From: Geosiphon pyriformis uo1
Taxonomy: Eukaryota; Fungi; Glomeromycota
Reading direction: 5' to 3'
DNA: 64,000 nt
NCBI GenBank assembly: GCA_016748015.1
Contig: JAAOMT010000648.1
Coordinates: forward strand, 248,001 to 312,000
The translations under genes were made by a program, and so were the position numbers. The notes beneath the pieces are model-generated. The model searched no databases and had not been told where the DNA came from. It worked only from the letters and a program-made list of their open reading frames with translations. Below are positions 28,716 through 43,729 of this stretch, piece after piece; the stretch's first letter is position 1, and the number at the start of each line of letters is the position of its first letter.

Positions 28716-30290
28716 TCATGTATCCAGAAATTGGGCAACCTCTGGGTTCTTGCTACAATCTCCCATTACAATGTTCACATAAGGTCCCAAGTGTGCAGAT
28801 TTACTTTGAATTTCTTCAATTTCTTGTCCAGCATTACACAACTATTTATAAAATTCAAAATGCCATTATCAAAAAATTGGTTTAATTTTTTTTAGCAACT
28901 TTCAAAATAGGTTAACATTAAATGTCTATTAAACTAACCTTATTTTCAGATTTATCTGTTCCTCTTGGGCAGTAGTAAAGCCCATAAGATTCATAATCTT
29001 TTTGTGAATCATAACCAGAATCTGGCCCTGGACAATCACATGATTCATTAGAAAGCCAAAATTCACTGCCACTGTGTTGAAAGGTATTTTTTTTGGGGGG
29101 AAATCTGGGAACATAATCATTGGTGTGAGTTATTCGAACTACTGTGATAACTTCATCCACAAATTCAGCGAAATATCGGTTCCCTAGACGAGGTTGGCCA
29201 AACGTTACTGCTACCGCATGAACGCTATTAGGGTTACGGGTTCCCAAAGGGGATATTGTATGGTATTTTAGTTTAAATGCCAGCCCTGCAAGAACAGCAT
29301 ATGCTAATTTACAATTTGTAATTTATAAAAAGATTAATCATATTATTCTCAAAATTAATTATAATTTCTGAAATTAAATTTTTTTAATTGCTTACCCCCA
29401 CCAATTCCATGTCCCACAAAGTGTAATCTTTCAGCAGAATACGGTGTTATACGATTAGCGAATTTAACCATTTTCCAAATCTTTTCAAAAAGTCTTGGTT
29501 TCATTGTTTCGACGTCTTGAAGCCAACGTTCATCAACTAAATTCTTTGGATCCCACTTCCACATTTTAGCGTTTTGTGGCTCAGGATATTGTGTCAGACA
29601 TATCGTCCTCGTCTTCCATTGGTCCAGATTATAAATTGCACCTTTGAAAAATACAATTATATTTTTGGTTTTTTGGTCACGGAAAACGTCAGCTTTAGAA
29701 ATATTTTTAGAAATATTAACTTTTTAGTCAATTTTTCATTATATTTTATTTTTTTTAAAAAAAAAGGATAAAAGTTTAATATTATTCGAACCTTTGACTT
29801 CAGACCGTTTGAGGAGGGCTCCAATTTCATTATGAGAAGTACAATAAGCGTAACTGGTATCAATAGCAAATCTTGCTATCCTTTTGAAAGAAACACTATT
29901 TCGTGGTAAAAAATATTTTTTTGCAGGATCTGGATTTTCATGAAATATCTTTTGAAATAGGTTTACATTCCGAATCCAAGGAAATAAGGTGGCATTGTTG
30001 ATTCTTGGTATCCTTTTAGATAATTGATGAGAGGTATAACTCGTTGAAGATGGTTTAGAATGGGTAGGAAGGAAATTTAGAGTTGAAAATTTTGAGGGCT
30101 GTGATGCAGTATGGCTAAAAAATTTTTCTCCATAGGCCCTTTTTAAATTAACTATAAAATTTTTATTGCTTTTAACTAAATTATTTTTTAAAAGTTGACC
30201 AATTGTAAAAGAAAGCGACAAAAAAATTGCAAGAAAAAACAATCTGGGTATTAATTTTGAGTTGAAAAGTGAGTGTGTTTTTGATGACAT
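28716..30290 (-). CDS. L8: class-3 lipase-like protein, Ser->Gly (GHGIGG)
   Basis: SYAYC, FFKG, FVGHGIGG, TFGQPRLG, TNDYVP, CDC, last exon LCNAGQ..AHLGPYVNIVMGDC. Confidence 0.9.
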
Positions 30291-32619
30291 TTTAAATTTG
30301 TTCGTAAAAATAAAAAAATTGGTTTTAATTTTTTTTGATGAACACTTTAATGATCCCCCCACCCTTTTTATTTATTTTTGAAAACGGAAAATGTATACTA
30401 GAATCTTTAAATGTTAAAAACAAATGAAAAATTTGATAAATTTAATCAGCGTAAATCTTGAGCAAATTTGTTAGCCGAATCATACCGGCCCCCTGAAGCT
30501 CCCAATTCATTATAAACAATGATATATGATTACTAAAAAAAGAGATGAAAGATTAATTAAAAACAAAAAAACATTGGTCATAAAATATTCCTGTAATTTT
30601 TTAAAATTTAGCAAAAGTTTTCTCCAATAAGCTAAATTTTTATTGGCATGTGTAAACTTTAAATTCCCAATTCTAAGTGTGTCCAATTTAGCATCATTCA
30701 CTAACAGATGAGATTAATTGGTGTACAATTTTTACATTACTCATATTCGATAATATCAAAAAATTTTATTATTGTCTGACCGAACAAAACTTTTTTTAAG
30801 TGGTGGATCTCATTCTTAAATCAAATATATATTGCAAAGTTCAAATTTAGTAATTCTCAAATAATATAAAACTTAAATTTGTTTATTTAGATCTCCTTGG
30901 ACAAAAAAACACGTGTAATAGTAAAATAGGATCATCTTCATTCACGAAATTATATAGTCATCCCAAAAATTTTGTCATTCGGAAAGCTTATTCAGAGTTT
31001 ACGTTTAGTTTACGGATTATCAAATTCCCAATCATATGAGTTTCCATTGAAATGTGAAAAGACAATTGGTTCTGAAATGAACTTTTATTTTGATCGAAAT
31101 ATTACTATATTTTAATGTTTTCTTCTGTGACTTTTTAATCAAGGAAAAATACTTGCCGTTTTAATTCGAGATTCTTTGAAAGTGGAAGAGTAATAGAAAT
31201 TTGCAGATCATACAAATATTTTTTCAACTCAATGGTTGATTGAAATAGTGACAGATTTTATTATTTTAGTTTGACGTCATGATTTATTGACATATTTTCA
31301 TGAATCTATGTTTTAACCAGATCCATTTTCCCAAGATTTCTTGTATTAAATTTTAAAGGAACAAATCAAACTTAAAACTATTCATCAATCTCTTTTTAAG
31401 ATTGTGTGAACTTTTTCGTTCATTCTTTAAATGATCTTCTAGATGACACGAAAAAACGTGTTGAAATTCATAAATTTATAAATCCTTTTTTTGATTGAAA
31501 AACAGTAATTAAGAAAACAAAGGTTCTTCAACAATAGTAAAAAACTGGGGAAAATGTTTTCAAAAATGAGATTTAGATTATCAGTGAAACTCGATGGTGG
31601 TCAATAATTTTATCCGTAATAAAAATTATTTCCGGAACTATGATCTCTAAAAATAATGAGTTTTACACATTGGGTTCTGATTTCATGACAAATAAAATCT
31701 ATATTTTTTTTCATGAGCTTTGATATTAGACAACAAATTAGGTTTGGTCTAATATAATTTTGATACCTTTTTATTAATCTTCTTAGATTTTAACAAATTA
31801 AAAGCAAAATAATGTTTTTAAAATTATCTACATAAGCTTTGTTGAACTTTTTCAATTTTCTCTTTGGATTAATGAATATCAAATATATAAATTATATATA
31901 TATTTAATTTTTATTTTTTAATTTATTCAAAAAATTTTTAAAAGAATTTTTAAATAAAAGAATTATTAATGAAAAATTATTTAATAATGAGAAAATATTT
32001 TTTTTTATTACTGTTTTGAAAATAACAATTTTTAAAATAAATTTGAATCAAAATAATTATTATATTTTTTAAAATAAAATAAATTTTTATTTAAATTTAA
32101 TTAAAACTTAAATAAAGGTTTTAAATTTTAATTTTAATTTAATCAAAAATTTTTTTAAAAAAATTAAATTTCAAATTTTTATTATGTAAATGTTTTTTTT
32201 TCTTTTAAAAAAATTGTTTTAATTAAGTGAAAATATTTCACTATCAACTTTAATGTTTTTATCAATTTTTAAATTTCAAATTAATTTAAATATGCAAATT
32301 AAGCATTAAAAATATTCAAATTAAACTCTTGAGTGATTACTGAACTGAATCGAATTGTGATACATGAGAAAAATCTCTTATATTATTGGTCAGAAAATTT
32401 TTATAAATATTTTCCCAAACATGAATCTAAAGCAAAAAAATTGTTAGCATCAAAGCTCATTACCAGATTAGCCTTAGGGAAAATTTTTAGAAAAATCTAT
32501 TTTTTGCCATATATATACTTTTCTTGGAAATTGGGTTTGCTCTTGTTAAAAATTTATTTAAGCTTTACCTTTTTTTGAGGGGTACCAATAACCAGAAACA
32601 GAATCTTTTAAATTGAAAC

Positions 32620-34149
32620 TTAAAAAAATATCTTATATGGAGATCCTCTTTCCAAACTGCATTCCCCTATATTGATTCCAAAATAAGGCCCTTTGTGTGC
32701 TTTTAATTCTTCTTCGAGGGTACCCTTTTGACCTAAATTACATTGCTATTTTTAAAGGATAAAAAACTTTAAATTAGACACCCAAAAATTCTGAATATTC
32801 TAAACCTAATCCAATACTAACCGGATTTTCAAAAAAGCCAGCAGGTTGAGGATATTCTCCATTGCAAAAATAAATCTGAAAATCTTCAGCGGACTCGACT
32901 GTTTTAATTTGACTTTTATATGAACAATCACAAGATTGATTTGGTATCCAAAACTCATTCCCACTATGTCCAAATATATCTTGATTCATGAAAAGCCTTG
33001 GAATAAAATCATTGCTATGAGTGATTCGGTGTAAATTCTGTTCAAATTTTGCGCTTGCAAGTTTTGCAAAGTCTTTGTTGCCCGTCCGTGGTTGTCCAAA
33101 AGTGAACACTGTGACAAGTATATCCACATCTAAATCATGAAATGTTGGGCCTTGTTGATCATACTCCTCTTGCAAGGCTAAAGCGGCAATTACTGCATAT
33201 GCTGGAAAAATGAGAAATAATGTTATTGAGGAAAAATGGAATTTGGAAATTTTAGCAAAGAAACATACCTCCACCGACACCATGACCGACAAATCTTACG
33301 TTTACATATGGAATGAAATCGTCCCATAAATGAGCAATACTATCACTCCAAGTTTTAAGTAGAGATCGAATCCTGTTGAAGAGTCTTGGTTTCATTTTTT
33401 TCACATCAGAACTCCAACTTTTATCAACTTTGGCTTTGGTTCCGATTTTATAATTTTTAAGGGAAATATTTCTTGCTTTCCATTTTTGTAATGTTAATTC
33501 TTGTCCTCGAAAGTATGCAACTATCTCTTTGTTTCGACTATCAAGAAACACATCGGCTGAAAGTTCAAAAAAATACATTTGAAAAAATAGAAATTTTTAC
33601 AACTTTTTTTAATTTTCAAAATTTACACCTACCGACTACACCTTTTTGCTTAATTCCCACTCGATTTTCATTGAAGCAATAAGCAAAATTAGCAGCCCTA
33701 GCCATTCTTGGAAATGGTTCCAAAACATATTGATTAATCACCAGGTATTTTTCTGGATATCCATCTTTTAATGGTTTTGTAAATGTTGTTGATGATTTAG
33801 TTTGCCGTTTGAGCTTTGTTTTTGAGCCATGAAACTGATGAAAAGGTTCACTATTATTTAAATTTTGTGATTTACTTGACTTTGAGGTTGTGAATGAATA
33901 ATTAAGTTGGCTAAAATTTTTATTTTCGTAGCTAACTCTATAATACATTAAGACTGAATCATTAATAATAAACTTTGGTTCAACCTTTGCCATTAGAATC
34001 CCAAATTTGTTCAAGTAGATTGTGTAAAACACTAAGAATACCAAAAATAAGTAGATCAAAATTTCCAGAATATATTTGAGTAAATATCTACTTTCATACT
34101 TTCGCTGAGATGCAAGTAAATTTCTCTCTGATCTTGGCTCGTATCTCAT
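32620..34149 (-). CDS. L9: class-3 lipase-like protein, Ser->Gly (GHGVGG)
   Basis: ANFAYC, YFRG, FVGHGVGG, TFGQPRTG, SNDFIP, CDC, last exon QCNLGQ..AHKGPYFGINIGEC. Confidence 0.9.
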
Positions 34150-34882
34150 CAGTTAAAATTTTATTTATTTTACTTTGGGGTTTTCAAAAAATTGGTTCAA
34201 TAAAACTTTTCAGACTCTATTTAAACACACATGAGATCCAATAAAATAAATATAAACAGATTAATATTTTTTTTTGACGAACAAAAATTTAATAAAATTT
34301 ATTTATACGGAGAAACCAAATTTTCTTTTCCTTAAAGTTATCCTATGTAGAAAGACTTTTTACTGTATATATCAGATTATTTTGAAATTAGTCGGGATTA
34401 ATTATGATAACACGAAAAAATTTTAATATTTTATTAAAAAAATCAATAATTTAAGTTCAATTTCCTTTTCATTTGAATTTTTTTGCGAGTTCCGAGTTTC
34501 CTCGCAAATCCAAAAGATCGATGTTTGCTTTTTTTTGAGAAAATTGTTTTCTAAAGTACGAATTTGATGGCAAAACTTCTGGATTAGGGATTTGCAGGCA
34601 AAGATTTTATTGATATTGGGATATAATTTAGATTTTTATGATAAATATTAACTTGAATAGGAAAAGGAAGGTAAATAAAACAAAATTCCTTTGAAATTCA
34701 GAGTAATGAACTAGTATAGCAATCACCATAATTCTTACGAGTCATTACTATAATTAATATATATATTCAATAAATCTTGTCCCACGGAAACTTTTAAATC
34801 GATATGTATTTTGAACATCTAGAGGAATCAATCTATTAGACTATTTCAAAGCAAACTATATCAACCATGAATGGATTAAATA

Positions 34883-34954
34883 TTCTCCCCTTCTCCTTCT
34901 CCTTCCCCTTCCCCTTCCCCTTCCCCTTCCCCTTCCCCTTCCCCTTCCCCCCTT
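34883..34954. repeat. Polypyrimidine (CCCCTT)n/(CTCCTT)n hexamer repeat
   Basis: Directly visible; minus strand reads (AAGGGG)n. Confidence 0.95.
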
Positions 34955-35155
34955 AAAAGCTTTAATAGATGCAAAATGTAAACTTTGATTTTTAATTTTT
35001 TTCGATTCATTATTTGAGCCAATAAATTTCATAGAGAAGCCTGAGCTGGTACTTCTTACACGCAATGGGATATATTAAATAGCCAGAATAGTTGTAACGT
35101 TTTTCAATCCATATCATTATAAAATAAAAATTTAAAGCTTAAATTATTCAGAATT

Positions 35156-36726
35156 CTATAGATGAGGGCAAATCATCATATAACTAAAGTACGGCCCATA
35201 ATGGTTTAATTTAGAGTCACCTTTCAAGTTGGGTACAGAATTATTGCAAAGCTTAGAATAAAAAATTATTTGGAGAGTTAATTTAAGTTGTAACTTTAAA
35301 AGTGTTAAAAATTATAAAAAAGTTAATTACCGTGGATTCGTTTACACCAGAATTCAAGCTAATGTCTTTACACTCAAATACTTGATAAATCTCTGGACAG
35401 TCACATGAAAAAGAAATCCAGAACTCTGTTTCATAATGCACGTAACCTGCTCTTCCTTTCTTTTCAGGGAACTGAGATACGTAATCATCGGTATGCGTGA
35501 CTCGATAAATTGTTCCAAGTTTATTCTTTACATGTTGAGCAAAAAAACTATTTCCAATTCGAGGGCTTCCAAATGTATACACCTTCACCTCAAATTCATG
35601 TGTAAAGCGAGGGATATATTGAAGTTCTAAAGCAGTAAATGTAGCATAAACTAGAAGAATGACAGAGTAAAAATAAGCAGAATTTTTAGGGAAAATTTTT
35701 CAAAAAATTTTACAAATCAGAACTCAATATCAAATAGCTTTAAAAGAGGAGAAAACAAAATTTATATATATATATTTATAATCCAAACCTCCAGCTATTC
35801 CATGCCCTATCAACGTAATCTTTTTGTGGCTGTACAATAAATCTTTAATTTTTTCTTTAACTTTGTGTGATACATTTGAATAATCTTCCCAAAAATAGGC
35901 GTCAACTAATCCGAGTTCCAAATAAGGATAATTAACCATTTTTTGGGGTCTGCCTTCCCATTGCATTTTGTTTAACTCCAATTCTTTAAAAAAAAATATA
36001 ATTTCATCGGCAATCACCTCAGCTTTCCCTAGATAATTAATAAAACTTTTTTTTTTTAATTTCATATTATTTGAAACTTTACAATAAAAACAATTTACCA
36101 TATAATCCTTTCATCAACATGTCATCTGCACTTTCCAGGCAATAAGCTTTTTGTGCATAACTGGCGTAAAATCGAAAATCCGCAATCAGTTTTTCATCAG
36201 TGACTAAATTTTTATACTGAGAATTTATATCTGTGATTCTATTATCCTTTAAATCATCTCCATAATCATATTTCGACCTTTTTTGCCACGAAATATTTTC
36301 AAAGGATCTTGTAATATTAGATGAAATGACTTTTTGGGAAAATCTTTGATGTTTATTTGTAAGTTCCTGAGGTTTTCTAAAGCTTTTGTTATCATTTTGC
36401 GATATGTTAAAATAAATTTTGAAAGGTTTTTTTTGAAATGTATTGGATATATTTTTTTTGAAATCCCTCAAAGGCTCTTGTTCTGCTTCAACATTTGAGG
36501 TGTCCCTTCTCGTATGAAAACCTGGTTTAAATTTTATTTCACCAGAATACCCAGAAGAAAACAGTATAAAGAGTAACCATCCTAAAATTAAACTTTTTAA
36601 GATAATAGGAAATTTTTTCCAAAATTGTTGCTTATACGAAAAAGATTCAAATATGAATTGCTTCCTATTTCGATTTGAAGCAGGGTGAGATTTTGTAAAA
36701 TCCAAGCAAACAAAATGCTTATTCAT
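35156..36726 (-). CDS. L10: class-3 lipase-like protein, Ser->Gly (GHGIAG)
   Basis: AQKAYC, LIGHGIAG, TFGSPRIG, TDDYVS, CDC, last exon LCNNS..NHYGPYFSYMMIC. Confidence 0.9.
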
Positions 36727-37746
36727 TGAAAATGATTTGCATAGTTAGGAACTAAATTTTGTTTATGGGGGATTATTATATATATATATATGTACTTATA
36801 CTTTTCTAAACTTCATTCAAGAAGGAGAAATGTTAGATTGATTATCTGAAGAGGTTTTTATCGGGAAATTTAATGATTCGTTTTAGATGATCGACCATTT
36901 CGTGAGAAGGAAATTTTTACTTTTGAAACGAGTAGTTAAGTTTTCATGATTGTTGATAGCCTTCTCTAACAAGTTTTTTTAATTAAAAATAAGTGAAAAA
37001 TTTTTTTTTTTTAAGTGAATAAAGATCTTAAAAAGTTTTAAGCAACTTTCTTTAAATAATAAAAGGGATTAAATACATCAACGCGATTTTAAGAATCATT
37101 TCTTTTTGATTTTAAATTTTAATATTGATTGACCTCCAATGTCTTTTGGGAATAATTTCATTTGATGAACGTGAATAAATTTAAGTGAGAAAAAAAAATA
37201 TGATTCAATTAATAAAATATTAATATTAATTTGTGAATATATCGATTGAAATACCTAGAAAAAAGTTTCAAATTTTGAACTTTATTAATAAAAAATAAAT
37301 TAATTCAAGAACCAAAGTAAAAATTAATTAACAATAAATAAAAAGTGTGTGAAAAAATTTTTGCCTAAAATTAAAAATTCAAATGAAAAGTTTTTAAGAT
37401 TTTGTTTTCGGTCATTTCATAGACAAAATTTCATGTTAAATATTTTACTGGTTTTTTTTTTAAATATAAACAGATTGCTCGAATGTAATAGTACATTTTT
37501 TATCTGAAAAAAATTTTTATAAAAAAATATATATAATATATTATTATTATTTATATTTATAATTTCTTTTTGAAATTCTTTTTTTTTTTTTTTTTCAGTA
37601 ATTATTTTGATGATTTAATTTATTTTTTTATTTTAATCATCTTTTATTATTATCTTATTAATCTCATTACATATTTATTTCTTTATTTTGTTTACTAATA
37701 TATTAAATATGTTTATGAAAAAACTGTAAAAAGGAATAAAATAAAG

Positions 37747-37777
<31 letters not shown>

Positions 37778-39068
37778 ATTAATTAATCCCCTAATTTATC
37801 AAATTTTCAATAAAAATTATACATTCTTATTTTATATCTCAAAAAAAAATTTTAATTTTTAATCTTTATATATTTATAATTCATTTTTTTACAAAATAAT
37901 TTTATATAAAATAAATTTACTTATTAATTTCAAAATCTCATTTCAAAGACATTTTCTGAACATTTTTAGAATCTTTTTCATAAAGTAGACTTCAAAAATG
38001 TATTCATTATTTTATGATGAATTCTAATGAATTATATATATATATATATATATATTTTTTAATATACATATATTAATCATTTATTCAATTCACATTACAA
38101 AAAATCTTAACCTAACTAAGTAAGTTATGTTTTAGTAAAAATGGGATAAATGATTATTAGAAAGTAAAAGAGATATTTATTCAACCGCTAATAATATAAT
38201 GATAAATGAGTGTCTTATCGTATGAATAAAGGCCCGAATATAAATCTCGTAGTTTCACATTTTATTTATTAGAGGATCAACAATAAATATTACCAATAAA
38301 TCAAAAATTCCCAAATCAAAATCTTAAAATGTGAAACTAAAGCCCATATTTCCAATAAAGGTTTATACGGTTCAATATTTTCGGCAGCATGACCATAAGA
38401 TGGCTATAGTATTTGTACAAATACCTTTTGTTGTGTCAGATTTTTCACACAAACATAGTAAAACTATATTTTTATGATCAAATTTTAATTACGGGATTAG
38501 CTTGAAAAATAAAACATTTACTTGATAACAAGTAATAAGCCATATTTTTTACTTTAAACATTCTTGGGAAAGAAATTTTCTGTAATTTTATTTATTTTTC
38601 AATTCGGAAAAATAATTCCCTTATTTTAGTTTAAAAATTTTTTCTCATTCGTTTTCTGAAATGGAAACTTCTAACCACGTTAAATTATTGTATTTTGGAA
38701 ATAATTTAATGAATTAGAAAAATAAAAAGGTCGAGAACTTTTGTCACATGGTTATATCATCTATAATTTTTTTTTCTTCTCCACAATCCATCTATCATGC
38801 TAATTGAGACAGGATTTTCAAACCATTTGATTCAAAGAAAAAGTATTCATGAATAGCATAGTTTTAATGAGAATGAAAAATATTCGTTTTATGGTAAAAC
38901 CAAATTTTGACGTACTCAGTCGAAACATGAGGAGAAGATTTTTAGCCAGAAAGTAAAATAATTTACATTTTAAGAACTTGTATTTCTTCTTCAATTCGAA
39001 AAAATTTCATTTGACTTATTTTGCTTAAGCGTTATAAATCTTCATAATTGGTTATTATTGATTTAGCT

Positions 39069-40652
39069 TTAAAGGCAGTCACCCATGGTAACCCCAAAGT
39101 AAGTTCCTCGATGTTCTAAAAGACTTTTCTCCTCAGTCCCTGCCACCTGTCCAGCATTGCATTCCTTTAGAAAATTTTTGAAAAAAGTTAAAGATTAATT
39201 TTTCCTCATAACTTCTTCAATTTCACAGCTTAAACTTCTCACCGGATGTTCGCTCTCAAAATTTCCTTGCGCTTCCAATTCGGGGCATTCCCAAAGAATA
39301 TGACCATTTAAAATCTCTGGGACCGTCTCGTCATCGTTATATTGAGGACAATTACAGTCAAACTTGGCCAACCAATATTCTCTTTGATGATGTCTCCAAT
39401 CAATAGGAGATGAAACTCGAGGAATTGGGTCATTGGCGTGAGTTACACGATATACATTGAGAATTTTATTTACAAACTTTGCAAAAATTAAGTTTCCCAT
39501 CCGAGGTTGGCCAAAAGTGATTGCTTCGACGAAGAGATTTGAAGCAGGAAAACTAGTATCTCGTTTACGGAGTTCTTTTTCAAATTTTATAGCGGCTAAT
39601 ACTGCATAGGCTGTGAAAGGTGACAAGAAAAGTAAACTTTTACATTAAATAGCAGATTAAATTTATAACACAAATTATCATGATAATATAATTGAAATAA
39701 TATTTACATCCTCCTATTCCATGTCCAGTAAATCTAATTGGTAAGACTATATTTGATCTTTTAAATGACTTCAAAAGTCGTAGAACTTTTTCCAAAATTT
39801 TTGGCCACATTTTTTCCACTGCTCCATTAACATAATAATCCAGTATTCTGTCTACATCTTCAAAGCTTACAGTTAAAGGTATAGCTTTTTGATCCCTGTC
39901 TATACTAGTGAATGGAGCCCCCTTGAAATATACAACTATTTCTTTGTTGGATGAATCCACAAAAGCGTCAGCTTTAAATGATAATGAAGGGAATAAAAAA
40001 TGAAATTTCATCAGTTTTTGAATTTCTTCCATTGTATCCCAGAAAATTTAAAACAATCGAACTTACCAACTACATTTTTTCCAGGCACAAGTTTTCCTAT
40101 TGCATTGTTTTTTCGACAATAGCCAAAATTTGCATACGTTGCGAATTTGGCCAACATCGTGATAATATTAATATCTCGTACAATGGTCTTACCAGGATAT
40201 TGTGAGCCAGAAGTTTGTAATTCTGAGGGAAGAAATTGAAAGTTTCTTTTCTTTTCTTTTTTGGAGGGTTCAATACTGTTCATATTATAATTTTCATTAT
40301 TTTTTAACAAGCTTTTCTCACCTCTTTGGCTTTCATCATTTTCTTTACTTTGATTTCTTGTCACACGTGAATTAATGTCTACATTTAATTGAAGTGGTTG
40401 CTTGCGTTGATTCCAACTCTTCTGTTGCAACATTTTATTTTTCTCGGCTTCTATTAAATTCACACTGTATTGTGAGGAAAAGATTAACGAACACAACCAT
40501 ATCGAAAATATTACAATAAAACAAATTGTAGGAATTAAAGTATGTTTCGGTGGGTTATCGATGAATTTTCTAGGTCGAGGATGCAAAGAAATTGGTTTCT
40601 GAAAATGTTTAGAGGCGAAAGTGTAATAATCAGAACCACGATTTTTTTTCAT
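39069..40652 (-). CDS. L11: class-3 lipase-like protein, Ser->Gly (GHGIGG)
   Basis: ANFGYC, YFKG, FTGHGIGG, TFGQPRMG, ANDPIP, CNC, last exon ECNAGQ..EHRGTYFGVTMGDC. Confidence 0.9.
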
Positions 40653-41343
40653 GCTGACTCAAAATGAGAATTCAGTCTAAAATGGAGAAAATTGTAATAA
40701 AGGCTTGAAATTTACATTTACTATTTCGAAAGATGAAAACTTTTTAGGTTTGATCTGTTTATAAAAACCTTTTTGGTCAAAGCTGCTAACTTGAAATTTT
40801 TTATTAAAAGTTATCCATGGTTGAGAGTAACAACCAATAGAAAATCCGGCAACCGTATAGTAGTCAGGCTGATTGAAGCAATCACATGATTTGGTTAATT
40901 CCGAACCTCGCTTTAGATATAAAAATAAAAATAATGAAAGCCAAGGATGGCAAACGTATTAAGGGACAAAATCAAGTAGACATTATATATTTCCAGAAGA
41001 TATTTACTTTATAAAGATTTTTAAATCTTTCTTTCTCTCTCTTTCATTCATAAATCACCGGAATTATCAATTAGAATTTAATTACCGAAATTCAGTAATT
41101 TTCATGAGTTTCACGTAATGATAGATTTGCAATCTAAAATTTATAAAATTTATAATCAATGAAACTAATGCCTTATCATGAAAACAAACATAAATCAAGT
41201 TCTTGAGATTATATAAATTTAATTGCGAAGAACTTTTGAATCCATTACTTTTAATCTTTCTTAGCTTTCAAATATTTCAAAAGTTTATTATAGTTTACTT
41301 TATTGAATTATAATAATTCAGAAAGAGTGATCACTTATCAAAA

Positions 41344-43050
41344 ATGTCTTGGTCTTGTAATTTACACAAATCCTATAACTTTGTAAAGTTTATCGGATAT
41401 GAAACTAGAAAAAAAATAATAGGAATTCACCTATTTCTTGCCCTTTCTTTCGTCTTTTTGATGTCTCACATTAAAGATGTAAACGCCATCTCATGGAAGC
41501 TAAAAAACTTCATTCAGAAACGACAAAATGAAATTCTCAGTGAAAACAATATTTCATTGGACTTTGAACCAATTCCTACTGTTAAATCATTTGAATCAAA
41601 TTTCCTATATCCAATTTATAAAGAAGAAAATATCTCAAATAACAGGAAATATTACTCTTTGAATTCAAATGGTTGGTCAGATTCTATTTCTAGGCAAGAA
41701 TCTGAAAAAAATTTTGATGACTTAAGCGATGAGTTTTTGGGTACTGAGACTGCAAGAAAATTTGAAACCTCTGAGAATATTTTAACAAAAAGCCCATTTC
41801 CAATTGAAACTCAAAAATTTGACATCAATGGCAATTCATTGATTCAAAATGAAATATCTACAAAAGAAGTTAACTCAATGAATCCATTCGTCGGTTCTAG
41901 TATGTTTAATTATGAAACGAATCAAGAAGGAAATTCGTGGTCAATTGCAGAGGATATTATTGATAATCCAAGCATAGGAAATGAAAATTCTATAAACTCA
42001 ATCAATCCGAATACCAAGATATTAGAGCGGTTTAAGTTGTTTGCCAGATATTCAAAGATAACTTGGTGCAAAAATTCTGGCACAAAATATTTTAATAAAA
42101 ATGTTTTAGGTAATTTTACCTCTAATCTTAAGTAATAATAATTCCCAAATAAAAGTTTAATTTATATATTCTTTCTCATTTAAATTTTTATATTTAAGGA
42201 AATGTATTCTTTGAACCAAAAAATGACGAAATTGCAGTTATACTAGCTGGTAAGGATCAAAACGCCTCTCAGATGTTGGCAAATAATACTTATCTAGAAT
42301 ACCCGGGCAAAATCGGATTTCATGTGAACAGGGCTTTATACGAAACTTATGTGGGGGCTGAGAATAAAATAATTGAACAGTTGAGCCAATTATTGAATTC
42401 CGACCCTAAATCACCCATAAATCTGGCAGGCTGGAGTCTTGGTGGAGGTAATTTTTTTTAATGAATATTTTTCATTTTCGGGATTAATAAAATTACACAA
42501 TTTTTACTTATAAAATTTATTATTAATGAAATGACAAATTAATTTAATAGCCTTTGCGGTTTTTGCTGCGATTTTTATCAACATAAAATTTCCAAACAAT
42601 CAAGTGAACGTATACACCTATGGCCAACCACGTATTGGATTAAAAAATTTTAAAACGTATCTGAGCTCTCGTAAAAACCTCCGAATTTACCGCATGACAA
42701 CAAAAAATGACCCATTTGTAGATTTGCCCATGCGTTTTCCGTTAGGATATGTGCATACTGGTCAAGAGTATTTGACCAGCACCATTAACAAGATGGAAAC
42801 ATTCGAATGTCCTGATGGTCCTAATTCTGAAAATACGGTATTTGATGTGTTTTGGAACTTTTGATACAGTTCAACTGCAACATATAATAATACAAGAAAA
42901 TCTTTTTAATCATTTTATTTCGCTTCATTTTAGCAATGTGCAAGTCAGTTAAACTTACCTGCTGCATTCAGACTTCGTAATAATGAATACAAATTATCAC
43001 CACATAGTGGTCCATTTTTCGGGTATAATATGACCAATTGTAATTATTAA
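41344..43050 (+). CDS. L12: class-3 lipase retaining nucleophile Ser in a variant GWSLGG elbow
   Basis: Long acidic propeptide; KITWC; LAGWSLGG (AGT 42435-42437); TYGQPRIG; KNDPFV; PHSGPFFGYNMTNC; stop 43048-43050. Confidence 0.9.
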
Positions 43051-43729
43051 TTACAAACTCTCATTCGGAACTTGCTCACGGGAGGGTTATTGTTAAAATA
43101 ATTTCAGGCCTAGCGTAAAATATAAACCATTTTTAATTCAATAAATAATTTAATTCATTAATTTTTCGAAAAAATGCTGAAACTCAAAATCAAAATATTA
43201 AAATTTGAGGAATAGCGTTTAAAAAATAGTAAAATTTCAATGTAACCAAAGGGTTCCAAAATTTCGGAGCTTTTAGTGACGCAGGAGTTTTTATAGCGAA
43301 AATAAACTCGAAAATTTAAAGCAATTCATTGATACAAATAAATAAAAAGATTTCAGAATTTTCAATTGTTTCATGTAATGATATCCATTCAGTTGCTGCT
43401 GAAATTTGAATCAAAGACGAAGAATAATATTGAAGTTAGAAAAAATCCTTTGATACTAAATTTATTAACCTTAGCATTCACTACGAATTTTATAATACGA
43501 AGAAAACTAATGGAAAGAAATTTTCAAGAAAATTAAAGTTAATACCTAATCTCAACTAAATTTATAAAAAGGTCATTTACTTTGGAGTAATTTCCACTTT
43601 TAGCAACGGGTTAGCCGAAAAAGAGACAAAAGAAGCGTCAAATACCTGAATTATGAGATATGTAAAAGCCCCGATTAAAGTCGTCACGTGATAATTGATT
43701 TCGCAAATGTTGATTAAATAAATCATAAA

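Noticed and set aside
34856-35065. ORF with GRGRGRGR repeat
   Set aside because: Translation of the (AAGGGG)n microsatellite; no other coding signal.
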